Positions 44,735 to 53,856 of a stretch of 64,000 bases of DNA are shown in pieces. The notes below the pieces were generated by a model that saw only the letters and a list, made by a program, of their open reading frames with translations, ran no database searches and had not been told where the DNA came from. Position 1 is the first letter of the stretch. The number at the start of each line of letters is the position of its first letter. The translations under genes and the position numbers were made by a program. This DNA comes from Candidatus Fervidifonticultor tertius (GTDB lineage Bacteria > Sysuimicrobiota > Sysuimicrobiia > Sysuimicrobiales > Humicultoraceae), in contig JAVKIY010000002.1 in NCBI GenBank assembly GCA_031459235.1, forward strand, positions 5,026 to 69,025, given 5' to 3'.

Positions 44735-45775
44735 ATGGCGTTTCGCGACGTCGTCAACCAGGATCACGCGGTCATGCTGCTCCGGGCGGCGGCGCGCAGC
44801 GGCAAGGTCGGCCACGCCTACCTGCTCGTCGGGCCCGCCGGCGTTGGGCGTCGCGCCCTGGCGCTCGCCTTCGCGCAGCTCCTCAACTGCGCGCGCGCCG
44901 ACGGCGACGCGTGCGGCGACTGCGTGTCGTGCCGGAAGATCGTCTCGGGCAGCCACCCCGACGTCCGCATTCTCGACGTCGCCCGCGGGCAGTACCTCGA
45001 GGCGCCCGGCAAGGAGCACCGGGGCAAGGAGATCCCCGTCGACCAGATTCGCGCGCTGCGGCGCGAGGCCGCCTTTCCGCCCTACGAGGGGAAGTGGAAG
45101 GTCTTCGTCATCGCCGACGCCGAGCGCATGAACCCCAGCTCGGCCAACAGCCTGCTCAAGATCCTGGAGGAGCCCCCGGCCCGGGTCGTCTTCCTGCTCG
45201 TCGCCGAGTCGTCGGTGGCGCTGCCGCCGACCGTGGTGTCGCGCTGCCAGCTCGTCCGGTGCGCGTTCCTGCGCGCCGACCAGATCGAGCGAGCGCTGGT
45301 GGACCGCTGGCAGATCGCGCCGGATCGGGCGCGCGTCCTGGCCGTGCTCGCCGACGGCCGCCTCGGCCGGGCGCTGGAGTGGGCTGCCTCCGAGGAGCGG
45401 CTCGAGGCCCGCGACCGGCTGCTCGACCTGCTGCCGACGCTGGAGGGCAGCGACCCGCTCACCCGCCTCGACGCCGCCGAGGCGCTCAGCCGCCAGCCCG
45501 ACCTGCTGCCCGAGCTGCTCGATCTCGCCGTACTGTGGTACCGCGACCTGCTGGTCTGGAAGCAGCTCCCGGAGCCGGCGCTGCTCACGAACCGCGACCG
45601 CCAGACGCAGATCGAAGCACTGGCCCCGCGGTTCAGCGAGACCACGCTCGGCGCGCGGATCGAGGCGGTGGAGGCGGCGAAGGAGTCGCTGCGGCGCAAC
45701 GTGAACGCGCGCCTGGCGCTGGAGAAGCTGTTCCTGTCGTTTCAAGACGCGCCGGCGCCGGCGACCTCACCCTGA
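44735..45775 (+). CDS. holB: DNA polymerase III subunit delta'
   Basis: HAYLLVGPAGVGRRALA...C..C..C zinc module (CGDCVSCRK)...HPDV, with an SRC-type block (VVSRCQ). Confidence 0.85.
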   Translation: MAFRDVVNQDHAVMLLRAAARSGKVGHAYLLVGPAGVGRRALALAFAQLLNCARADGDACGDCVSCRKIVSGSHPDVRILDVARGQYLEAPGKEHRGKEIPVDQIRALRREAAFPPYEGKWKVFVIADAERMNPSSANSLLKILEEPPARVVFLLVAESSVALPPTVVSRCQLVRCAFLRADQIERALVDRWQIAPDRARVLAVLADGRLGRALEWAASEERLEARDRLLDLLPTLEGSDPLTRLDAAEALSRQPDLLPELLDLAVLWYRDLLVWKQLPEPALLTNRDRQTQIEALAPRFSETTLGARIEAVEAAKESLRRNVNARLALEKLFLSFQDAPAPATSP

Positions 45776-45814
45776 GCGGGGCGGCGGCCGCACGACTGCT
45801 TGCCAGCGTTTCGA

Positions 45815-46141
45815 CTACTGCTTGAGGACCGGAACGACGTCCGTGTGCGCGAAGTGGTCGCCCTTGAAGAGCAGGGGCTCTCGCATCGTCTTCGAGAGGG
45901 CGTAGGCGAAGCAATCGCCGAAGTTCAGGCGGGCGCGATGTCCGCTGCCCTTGCCGAAGTCGCGGTAGGCTTCGCGCGCGACGCGAGCCTGAGCCGCGGT
46001 GACTGGCTCGACCACGATTCGCGCTTCCGTCAGGAAGTCGTCGAAACGGCGACTGGCGATCGGAGAGCGGCTTCCGTCGATGACCGCCGCGGCCTCGACG
46101 CCGTGGGAACCGCGACCGAACGTGGGCTGCAGGCTACCCGA
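45815..46141 (-). pseudogene. 5'-truncated VapC (PIN-domain toxin) remnant
   Basis: The ORF-track 66-aa peptide ...AREAYRDFGKGSGHRARLNFGDCFAYALSKTMREPLLFKGDHFAHTD is the C-terminal half of a VapC. Homology continues upstream in frame (EAAAVIDGSRSPIASRRFDDFLTEARIVVEP) to a TGA at 46142-46144, inside the rlmI 3' end. There is no ATG in this stretch. The N-terminal acidic residues and any vapB are absent. Confidence 0.7.
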
Positions 46142-47321
46142 TCACCTGCAGGATCAGGCACTTCAGGTACCGCGTCTCCGGCATCGCCGCCAGCATCGGG
46201 TGGTCCCGCGCCTGTGACCGGAACTCGATGAGCCGCAGCTGCCGCCTCGCGTCCGCCGCCGCCTCGGTCACCGCCGACCAGAAGCTCCCCTCGTCCACGT
46301 GCCAGGAGCACGAGCAGGTCACCAGCAGGCCGCCGGGCCGCAGCAGCCGCAGCGCCTGCAGGTTGATCTCCTTGTACCCGGCGAGCGCGCGGGGCACCGC
46401 GGCGCGGGAGCGCGCGAACGCCGGCGGGTCCAGGATCACCATGTCGGCGGGGTGCCCGGCCGCGGCTAGCCGCCGCAGCTCGTCGAAGGCGTCGGCCTCG
46501 CGGAACGTGCACCGATCCTCCACGCCGTTGTGCGCCGCGTGGCGACGCGCCCGGGCCAGGGCGTCCGCGCTCGCGTCGATCCCCAGCACCGACGCCGCGC
46601 CGGCGAGCGCGGCGTGCACCCCGAAGGCGCCGGTGTGGCAGAAGGCATCGATCAGGTGCGCGTCCTGGGCCAGGGGCGCCACGGCGAGCCGGTTTTCGCG
46701 CTGGTCGCAGAACCAGCCGGTCTTCTGACCGCGCGCCACGTCCACCACGAACCGCGCCGGGCCCTCCTGGATCTCGACCTCCGTCGGCCCATCGCCATGG
46801 GCGAACCCCTGGTCGAGCGGTAGCCCCTCGAGGGCGCGGCTCTTCGCGTCGTTGCGCAGGTAGACGGCGCGGGCGCCGCGCAGCCGGACGAGCAGCTCCA
46901 CGAGCATCGGCAGCCGGCGGTCGATGCCGGCGGTCAGCGCTTGGGCGACCAGCGCGTCGCCGTAGACGTCCACGATCAGACCCGGGAGCAGGTCGCCCTC
47001 ACCGAAGACGAGCCGGTACGCCGTGGTGCCCCTCACCACGCGCGCGCGCAGCGCGGCCGCCGCCCCGAGTCGGCGGGCGAAGAACGCCTCGTCCACGCGC
47101 TCCTCGGCCCGCGTGAACAGCCGGACGCGGATTTTGGAGCGGGGGTTGATCGTGCCGCGGCCGAGGAAGTGGCCGCGGTCGGTCAGGACGTCGGCCAGGT
47201 CGCCGGGCGCGGGGTTCCCCTCGACGCGGTCGATCTCGTTGTCGTAGACCCAGAGGTGACCGCCCGCGACACGGCGCTCACGGCCCGGGCGCAGCCTGAC
47301 CCGCGCGCGCACGTCGTGCAT
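46134..47321 (-). CDS. rlmI: class I SAM-dependent rRNA (cytosine-C5) methyltransferase, RlmI-like with PUA domain
   Basis: Trimmed from ORF 46134..48032 to ATG 47321. N-terminus RLRPGRERRVAGGHLWVY, QKTGWFCDQRENR, ILDPPAF, catalytic TCSCS. C-terminus PETRYLKCLILQV. Confidence 0.8.
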   Translation of the reverse strand: MHDVRARVRLRPGRERRVAGGHLWVYDNEIDRVEGNPAPGDLADVLTDRGHFLGRGTINPRSKIRVRLFTRAEERVDEAFFARRLGAAAALRARVVRGTTAYRLVFGEGDLLPGLIVDVYGDALVAQALTAGIDRRLPMLVELLVRLRGARAVYLRNDAKSRALEGLPLDQGFAHGDGPTEVEIQEGPARFVVDVARGQKTGWFCDQRENRLAVAPLAQDAHLIDAFCHTGAFGVHAALAGAASVLGIDASADALARARRHAAHNGVEDRCTFREADAFDELRRLAAAGHPADMVILDPPAFARSRAAVPRALAGYKEINLQALRLLRPGGLLVTCSCSWHVDEGSFWSAVTEAAADARRQLRLIEFRSQARDHPMLAAMPETRYLKCLILQVIG

Positions 47322-48969
47322 GGTCCCTCCCATAGGCGGCCAGGCCGGCCTCGGTGACGTAGCCTTCCGCCAGGTCGCGCTCGACGAGCTCGTCGGGCCG
47401 GGCGCGCGGGTCGCCGAACCCGCTGCCGCCCGCTGACCACACGGTGATGGCGTCGGAGGCCGCGCGCAGCTCGACCAGCGCGCTGGGCTCGTCGCGGCCG
47501 GTCGCGGTGCCGCCGGCGATCTCCAGACCGGGGCCGGCGCCCTCGGCGCCGCCGAGCAGCCCGCCGATCGGCGAGTTCTCCCCGTGCGTGAGCACGTTGA
47601 CCAGCACGGGCAGGCCGTCGTCGTAGAGCTTCCGCAACACCATGCGCTGACCCAGGCCGCCGCGGTGGCGGCCCGGGCCGCCCGAGTCGGGGATGAGCTC
47701 CTTGCGCTCGACCAGCAGCGCGGTGCGCGCCTCGAACATCTCCACCGGTACGTTGCCGGCCGAGGTGGGGTACATGAGGGCTGCGGTGCCGTCGCCGTGG
47801 TGGCTGGCGCCCTGGCCGCCGCCGAACATGATGTGGTCGTTGAACAGCCGGCCGTCCGCCGTCCGGCCGTACGCGGTGCAGGGAACCGGCAGCCCGGTGA
47901 ACGCCTGCACCTGCCGCGGCAGCACGGGCGCGAGCGCGCGGAAGATCGCCGGGCCGCAGTACCACCCGACCATCGTACGCTGGTTGACGGCCGCCGGATA
48001 GCGGCAGTTGAGCACGCTGCCCTCCGGCGCACGGACGTGCAGCGGCCGGAAGCAGCCGGCGTTGGAGGGGATCTCGGGCGTCAGGATGGACTTGAGCGCG
48101 TAGGTCGTGTGCGCGGAGGCGTAGGAGTAGGTGCAGTTCACCCCGCCCATCGGTAGCTCCGGCGGCGCGCCGGTCCAGTCCACGGTGAGCTCGTCGCCGG
48201 CGACGATCACGGCGCAGGGCAGCGTCAGGTCCCAGGTCGCGATGCGGAAGCGGACCTCGCTGCGGTACGTGCCGTCCGGCACCGCGGCGATGGCCTGGCG
48301 CATGGCGAGCTCGGCGCGCCGCTGGACCTCGTGCGCGAGCGGCGCGAGCGAGTCCAACCCGTACTCGTCCATGAACGCGAGCAGCCGCTCGCTACCCACG
48401 TGGTTGCTCGCGACCTGCGCCTGGATGTCGCCCCAGACCATGGCCGAGTGCCGCACGTTGCGCCGGATCATGGCGGCCAGATCATCGTTGAGGCGGCCCG
48501 CCCGGTAGAGCCTCAGCGGCGGGATCTGGAGCCCTTCGTCGTAGATCTCGCGCGCCCGGCCCGAGGCCTTTGTGCCGCCGATGTCGGAGCAGTGGGCGAT
48601 GGAGCCCACGAGCCCGACCAGCGTGCCACGGCGGAAGACCGGCGTCACCACCGCGACGTCGAAGAGGTGGCCGGCGCAGACCCACGGGTCGTTGGTAACT
48701 AGCACGTCGCCCTCGGCCAGCGTCTCGGGCGGGATCGCTGTGAGGATCTCCTGGACCGCGCGCGGCAGGGTCAGGTTGAACGAGGGCATCGAGCGCGGCG
48801 AGTGCGCGATCGAGTTGGCCCCCGCGTCGAGGATCTCGCACCCGAAGTCCTGGGCCTCGCCGATGATCGTGGAGAACGCCGTGCGGAGGATGGTGACCCA
48901 GCACTCCTCCGTGATGTTGATCAGCCGGCTCCACATGATCTCCAGCGAGATGGGGTCAAACGTCGTCAT
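47278..48969 (-). CDS. hyuB: hydantoinase B/oxoprolinase family protein
   Basis: N-terminus DPISLEIMWSRLINITEE and conserved blocks throughout its 563 aa. ATGA overlap with the hyuA stop. Confidence 0.85.
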   Translation of the reverse strand: MTTFDPISLEIMWSRLINITEECWVTILRTAFSTIIGEAQDFGCEILDAGANSIAHSPRSMPSFNLTLPRAVQEILTAIPPETLAEGDVLVTNDPWVCAGHLFDVAVVTPVFRRGTLVGLVGSIAHCSDIGGTKASGRAREIYDEGLQIPPLRLYRAGRLNDDLAAMIRRNVRHSAMVWGDIQAQVASNHVGSERLLAFMDEYGLDSLAPLAHEVQRRAELAMRQAIAAVPDGTYRSEVRFRIATWDLTLPCAVIVAGDELTVDWTGAPPELPMGGVNCTYSYASAHTTYALKSILTPEIPSNAGCFRPLHVRAPEGSVLNCRYPAAVNQRTMVGWYCGPAIFRALAPVLPRQVQAFTGLPVPCTAYGRTADGRLFNDHIMFGGGQGASHHGDGTAALMYPTSAGNVPVEMFEARTALLVERKELIPDSGGPGRHRGGLGQRMVLRKLYDDGLPVLVNVLTHGENSPIGGLLGGAEGAGPGLEIAGGTATGRDEPSALVELRAASDAITVWSAGGSGFGDPRARPDELVERDLAEGYVTEAGLAAYGRDHARRARAGQAAPGP

Positions 48970-51131
48970 CGGCGGCCTCCGGGGCGCGCGGCGGCGCGCG
49001 GCGCGCCCTCGGCCAGGCCGCTTTCGGCGGCCGGGGCCTGCGGCGCCGCCCCGACGCGGATCACCAGGTTGCGGCCGGCGTCCACGGTCAGCTGGTCACC
49101 CGCCCACAGCAGGGTGGTGGCCTCGGCCTCCTCGATCACCGCCGGACCGGCGACCGCGGCCCCGCGATCGAGCCGGTAGCGGTCGTAGACCGGCACCTCG
49201 ACGAACCCGCGGTCGGGCAGGTAGACCGGACGCGTCCCCTTGCGCGCGCCGGCCTCACCTGCGGCGTCGCCCAGGCTCCCGCGGAGGTCCACGCGCGGGG
49301 TCGGGCCGCTGACCAGCACGCGCCAGTTGAGGGTTTGGATCGGATAGCCGTCCAGCGGCACGCCGTAGCGCCGCACGTACTCGGCGCGGAACCGCGCGGC
49401 CAGCTCACCGGTCGGGTCGCCGTCCAGGTCAGGCGGCAGCGCGACCTCGATATCGTGGAACTGGCCGGCGTAGCGCATCTCCACGCGGCGCTCGACGGTC
49501 GCGCCATCGGCGGCCGCGCCCGCGGCCGCGACCATCCGCCGGCCCTCGTCTTCCATGCGGGCGAGCAGCCACCTGACCTCCCCCCACGGTAGCTCGGCCA
49601 GCTCGCCGGCGAGCGAGTGCCCGAACTCGAAGCCGGGCGGCGCCGCCAGCAGGCCGAGCGCCGAGGCCAGCCCGGAGGCGGGTGGGATGAGCACCTGCTC
49701 CATGCCGAGCAGCCGCGCGACGCGCGCGGCCACGGCGGGCCCGGCGCCGCCGAAGGCTACCAGCGCGAAGCGCCGCGGGTCCACCCCGCGTTCGATCAGG
49801 TACAGCCGTGCCGCCGACGCCATGGACTCGCAGACGATTGCGAAGATGCCCCACGCGGCCGCGGCCACATCCAGGCCGAGCGGCGCGCCGGCGCGCGCCA
49901 GCGCCTCCGCCGCGGCCCGCGCGTCGAGCGGCATCGCGCCGCCGAGGAAGGCGGCCGGGTCGTAGTAGCCGAGCGCCACGCACGCGTCGGTGACCGTAGC
50001 CTCCGCGCCGCCCTGGCCGTAGCAGGCCGGCCCCGGGTCGGCACCCGCGCTCTGCGGCCCGACGCGCAGCAGGCCCAGCGCGTCCACGCGCGCCAGCGAC
50101 CCGCCGCCCGCGCCGATCTCGATCATGTCCACGACCGGCGTCTTCACCGGCAGCCCGGAGCCAGGTTTGAAGCGGTGCACGCGCGCGACCTCCATGGTCG
50201 GGACCACGCTGGGCCGGCCGTCGCGCACCAGACAGATCTTCGCGGTGGTTCCGCCCATGTCGAACCCGACCACGTCGCGCCGGCCCGCCTCCAGGCCCAG
50301 GTGGCCGGCGATAAGCGCGCCCGCGGCCGGTCCGGACTCGAGCAGGCGCACCGGGAACCGTCGCGCTACCTCGGGCGCGGCCAGCGTCCCCGAGGAGAGC
50401 ATCAGGAGGAACCGGCCCCCGAAACCGGCCTCGGCCAGCGCGGTCTCCATGCGGCGCAGGTAGCGGTCCACCAGCGGCTGGACGTACGCGTTGCAGACCG
50501 TGGTGCTGGTCCGCTCGAACTCCCGGATCTCCGGGCTCACCTCGCTGCTGATCGAGACCGCGAGCCCCGGGAACTCCGCCTCCAGCAGGCCCTTGATCTG
50601 CCGCTCGTGGTCCGGGTTCACATAGGCGTGCAGCAGGCAGACGGCGACCGCCTCGACGCCCTCGGCCGTCAGGACCGCGACCCGCCGGCGCACAGCCTCC
50701 AGGTCGAGGGGTCGGCGGACCGTGCCGTCGCGGGTAATGCGCTCCGGCACGTCCACCCGCCACCGCCGGGGCACCAGCGGCTCGGGGTACCGCAGGAACA
50801 GGTCGTAGATGTCGTAGCGTTGTTCCTTGCCAATCTCCAGCGTGTCGCGGAAGCCGTCGGTGGCGAGCAGCGCGGTGCGCGCGCCGCGGCGCTCGATGAG
50901 CGCGTTGGTGACCAGCGTGGTCGCGTGCACCAGCGTGCCGACGTCGGCGAGCGCAATTCCCTCGCGCGCGCACAGCGCGTGCAGCCCGGCGAGCGCGCCG
51001 TCGGCCGGGGCCCGCGGGGTGGTCAACACCTTGTGCCAGGCCAGGCGGCCGGTCGGGTCGTGCACCAGTACCAGGTCGGTGAAGGTGCCGCCGATGTCGA
51101 GCCCGATCCGGTAGGGACGCATCCCGCTCAT
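48966..51131 (-). CDS. hyuA: hydantoinase A/oxoprolinase family protein (ATP-dependent)
   Basis: Trimmed from ORF 48966..51953 to ATG 51131 (ATGA overlap). YRIGLDIGGTFTDLVL, DMGGTTAKI and other ASKHA-fold motifs. Confidence 0.85.
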   Translation of the reverse strand: MSGMRPYRIGLDIGGTFTDLVLVHDPTGRLAWHKVLTTPRAPADGALAGLHALCAREGIALADVGTLVHATTLVTNALIERRGARTALLATDGFRDTLEIGKEQRYDIYDLFLRYPEPLVPRRWRVDVPERITRDGTVRRPLDLEAVRRRVAVLTAEGVEAVAVCLLHAYVNPDHERQIKGLLEAEFPGLAVSISSEVSPEIREFERTSTTVCNAYVQPLVDRYLRRMETALAEAGFGGRFLLMLSSGTLAAPEVARRFPVRLLESGPAAGALIAGHLGLEAGRRDVVGFDMGGTTAKICLVRDGRPSVVPTMEVARVHRFKPGSGLPVKTPVVDMIEIGAGGGSLARVDALGLLRVGPQSAGADPGPACYGQGGAEATVTDACVALGYYDPAAFLGGAMPLDARAAAEALARAGAPLGLDVAAAAWGIFAIVCESMASAARLYLIERGVDPRRFALVAFGGAGPAVAARVARLLGMEQVLIPPASGLASALGLLAAPPGFEFGHSLAGELAELPWGEVRWLLARMEDEGRRMVAAAGAAADGATVERRVEMRYAGQFHDIEVALPPDLDGDPTGELAARFRAEYVRRYGVPLDGYPIQTLNWRVLVSGPTPRVDLRGSLGDAAGEAGARKGTRPVYLPDRGFVEVPVYDRYRLDRGAAVAGPAVIEEAEATTLLWAGDQLTVDAGRNLVIRVGAAPQAPAAESGLAEGAPRAAARPGGRR

Positions 51132-51931
51132 CGCGGCCCTCCCCAGGCGATCGATTCCAGCCCCACCAGGCGGTGGATGATCAGGACGATGGCCACGCTC
51201 ATGAGCACGCTCACCGTGGAGACCGCCGCCGCGGTCGGGTCGAACGAGAAGCGCAGGTAGTCGAAGAGCTGCAGCGGCAGGGTAGTGTTCCCGACGCTCA
51301 CCAGGAGCAGCGAGATCGGAAACTGGTCGAACGACGTGATGAAGGCGAACAGTGCGCCGGAGATCACGCCGCCCTTGATGAGCGGCAGCGTGACCCGGCG
51401 GAAGGTGGTCAGCGGGCCAGCCCCGAGCGACCGGGCCGCCTCCTCGAGCGACCGGTCGAAGCCCACGAGCACCGTCGAGATCGTGAGGAAGACGTAGGGC
51501 AGGCAGACCAGCGTATGCCCGAGCAGCAGGGCGCGCATCCCGCGCGTGCCGAGGCCGGTCCCGTAGAAGAAGAGCAGCAGCGCGATGCCCGTGAGGATCG
51601 CCGGGAGCTGGAGCGGCGAGACCACCAGCAGCCGCAGCGTGTCGCGGAACCGGCCCGCGTGGCGGACCACGTAGAACGCCGCCATGCCGCCGAGCACGGT
51701 GGCGAGGATGGTGGTGGCCGCGGCGAGCTGGAGGCTGAAGACGAACGCACGCACGAACGGCCCGCTCTGCGCGAACTTCACGAACCACCGGATGGACAAC
51801 CCGTCGGGCGGGAAGCGCAGGTACTCGCCCGCGTTGAACGCGGCGAGCACGATGATGACGATCGGCGCGAGCAGGAACGCGTAGAGCACCACGACGACCG
51901 CGACGAACAGCGGGGAACGGCCCTCGCTCAT
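51128..51931 (-). CDS. ABC transporter permease (PotC-like)
   Basis: Trimmed to ATG 51931 (ATGA overlap). Polytopic, with EAA region LEEAARSLGAGPLTTFRRVTLPL. Confidence 0.85.
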   Translation of the reverse strand: MSEGRSPLFVAVVVVLYAFLLAPIVIIVLAAFNAGEYLRFPPDGLSIRWFVKFAQSGPFVRAFVFSLQLAAATTILATVLGGMAAFYVVRHAGRFRDTLRLLVVSPLQLPAILTGIALLLFFYGTGLGTRGMRALLLGHTLVCLPYVFLTISTVLVGFDRSLEEAARSLGAGPLTTFRRVTLPLIKGGVISGALFAFITSFDQFPISLLLVSVGNTTLPLQLFDYLRFSFDPTAAAVSTVSVLMSVAIVLIIHRLVGLESIAWGGPR

Positions 51932-52767
51932 CGCAGGCTCCAGCGCAGCGCACGGTTCATCAGCTTCACGTACCCCCAGAGCACGACGGCGGTCAGGCCG
52001 AAGAACACCATGGCCAGGGCCGAGCCCACCGGCCAGTTGAACGCGTCGAGCAAGAGCTGCACCACCAGCATGGGGATGACGAGGACGTTGTTCCCGCCGA
52101 GCAGGATCGGGATGACGTAGGAGCTGACCGCGAGCACGAACACGAGCAGCATGCCGGCGAACACGCCGGGCAGCGAGAGCGGCCAGGTCACCCGCCAGAA
52201 CGTCTTCCAGGGCGAGGCGCCGAGCGAGCGCGCCGCCCGCTCCACGTCCGGGGAGATGTTCTGGAGCGCGCCCGCGATGGACAGCGCCATGAACGGCATG
52301 AACACGTGCACCAGGCCGATGGTCATGCCCGTGACGTTGTACATGAGCTCCACGGGCTGGCGGCCGGCGTAGCGCAACAGTTGGTTGACCAGGCCGACGC
52401 GCCCGAGCAGGATCAGCCAGCCGTACGCCCGGATGACCACCCCGACCAGCAGCGGCGCGATCAGCAGCATCAGCAGCAGCGGCCGCCGGCGGTTGGGCGC
52501 CCGCGCGATCGCGTAGGCGAGCGGGTAGCCGAGCAGCAACGTGAGCGCCGTGGTGAGCACCGCGTACCAGACGGTGTTGGCCAGGATACGCCAGTAGAAG
52601 CCGTCGCGCAGCACGCGCGCGTAGTTGTCGAGGGTGAACACGTTCAGGTAGCGTTCGCCCGGCGGTTTCACCAGGAAGCTCATGCGCACCATGTTGACGT
52701 AGGGCACGATGAGCAGCACGATCAGGAACAGGACCACCGGGGCGATCAGCAGGTGGCGGCGCCACAT
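51928..52767 (-). CDS. ABC transporter permease (PotB-like)
   Basis: Trimmed to ATG 52767. Polytopic, with EAA region VERAARSLGASPWKTFWRVTWPL. Confidence 0.85.
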   Translation of the reverse strand: MWRRHLLIAPVVLFLIVLLIVPYVNMVRMSFLVKPPGERYLNVFTLDNYARVLRDGFYWRILANTVWYAVLTTALTLLLGYPLAYAIARAPNRRRPLLLMLLIAPLLVGVVIRAYGWLILLGRVGLVNQLLRYAGRQPVELMYNVTGMTIGLVHVFMPFMALSIAGALQNISPDVERAARSLGASPWKTFWRVTWPLSLPGVFAGMLLVFVLAVSSYVIPILLGGNNVLVIPMLVVQLLLDAFNWPVGSALAMVFFGLTAVVLWGYVKLMNRALRWSLR

Positions 52768-52769
52768 GG

Positions 52770-53831
52770 TCAGGCGGGGTCGGCGGCCGGGACGGTCCAG
52801 GCGTCGCCGGCCGCGAAGCTGAGCTCGACCCGCTCCCCGGGCTCGTAGCGGCGCGAGGGGTCGGCCTGCACGCGCAGGGTCAGGTCGGGCGCGCACTCGA
52901 TCCGGTAGTCGAGCAGGTTGCCCAGGAACGCCCGTTCCCGCACGACGCCCGCCAGCCGGTTGGGGTGCCCGCCGCCGAAGTGCAGGGCCTCGGGCCGCAG
53001 TACCACCAGCACGTCGCGCGCGCCGTCGCCGGCGGCCCCCCCCGAGGTCTCGAAGGTGCCTACCGCCGTGCGGACCGTGACCCGGCCGTTCTGCGCGGCG
53101 GCCGTGCCGCGGATGAAGTTCGACAGCCCGATGAAGTCGGCCACCCAGGCCGACCGCGGCCGCCGGTAGAGCTCGTCGGGCGCGCCCAGCTGCTGGAGCA
53201 CTCCGTCGCGCAGGACGACGATCCGGTCAGCCAGGACCATCGCCTCTGCCTGGTCGTGCGTGACGTAGACCGTGGTGATGCCGAACTCGCGCTGGAGGTG
53301 GCGGATGTAGAACCGCATCTCCTCGCGCAGCTTCGCGTCCAGGTTGGCCAGCGGCTCGTCGAGCAACAGCACCTGCGGGTTGATGACCAGGGCGCGCGCC
53401 AGCGCCGTGCGCTGCTGCTGCCCGCCCGAGAGCTGGTGCGGGTAGCGGCCGCCGAGCCCGCCGAGCTGCACCTTGTCGAGGATGGCGGCGACGCGGGCGG
53501 CGATCTCGGCGCGTGGCACCCCGCGGACATCCAGGCCGAAGGCGACGTTCTCGTTGACCGTCAGGTGCGGGAACAGCGCATAGTTCTGGAAGACGATGCC
53601 GGTGTCGCGCCGCTCGGGCGGTAGCGCGGTGACCGCGCGGTCGCCGAAGAACACCTCGCCGCCGTCGGGGTGCTCGAACCCCCCGATGATGCGTAGCGTG
53701 GTGGTCTTGCCACACCCGGAGGGACCCAGGAGGGTGATGAGCTCACCCTCCTGGATCTGCAGGCTCAGGCGGTTCACCGCGACGACGCGGCCGAACCGTT
53801 TGGTCAGCTCGTGCAGGCGGATCGACGCCAT
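52770..53831 (-). CDS. ABC transporter ATP-binding protein (PotA-like)
   Basis: Walker A GPSGCGKTT, signature LSGGQQQRT, Walker B LLLDEP, and a C-terminal TOBE-like domain. Confidence 0.85.
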   Translation of the reverse strand: MASIRLHELTKRFGRVVAVNRLSLQIQEGELITLLGPSGCGKTTTLRIIGGFEHPDGGEVFFGDRAVTALPPERRDTGIVFQNYALFPHLTVNENVAFGLDVRGVPRAEIAARVAAILDKVQLGGLGGRYPHQLSGGQQQRTALARALVINPQVLLLDEPLANLDAKLREEMRFYIRHLQREFGITTVYVTHDQAEAMVLADRIVVLRDGVLQQLGAPDELYRRPRSAWVADFIGLSNFIRGTAAAQNGRVTVRTAVGTFETSGGAAGDGARDVLVVLRPEALHFGGGHPNRLAGVVRERAFLGNLLDYRIECAPDLTLRVQADPSRRYEPGERVELSFAAGDAWTVPAADPA

Positions 53832-53856
53832 GGACGGCGCGGGCGCTCCGAGCGGC

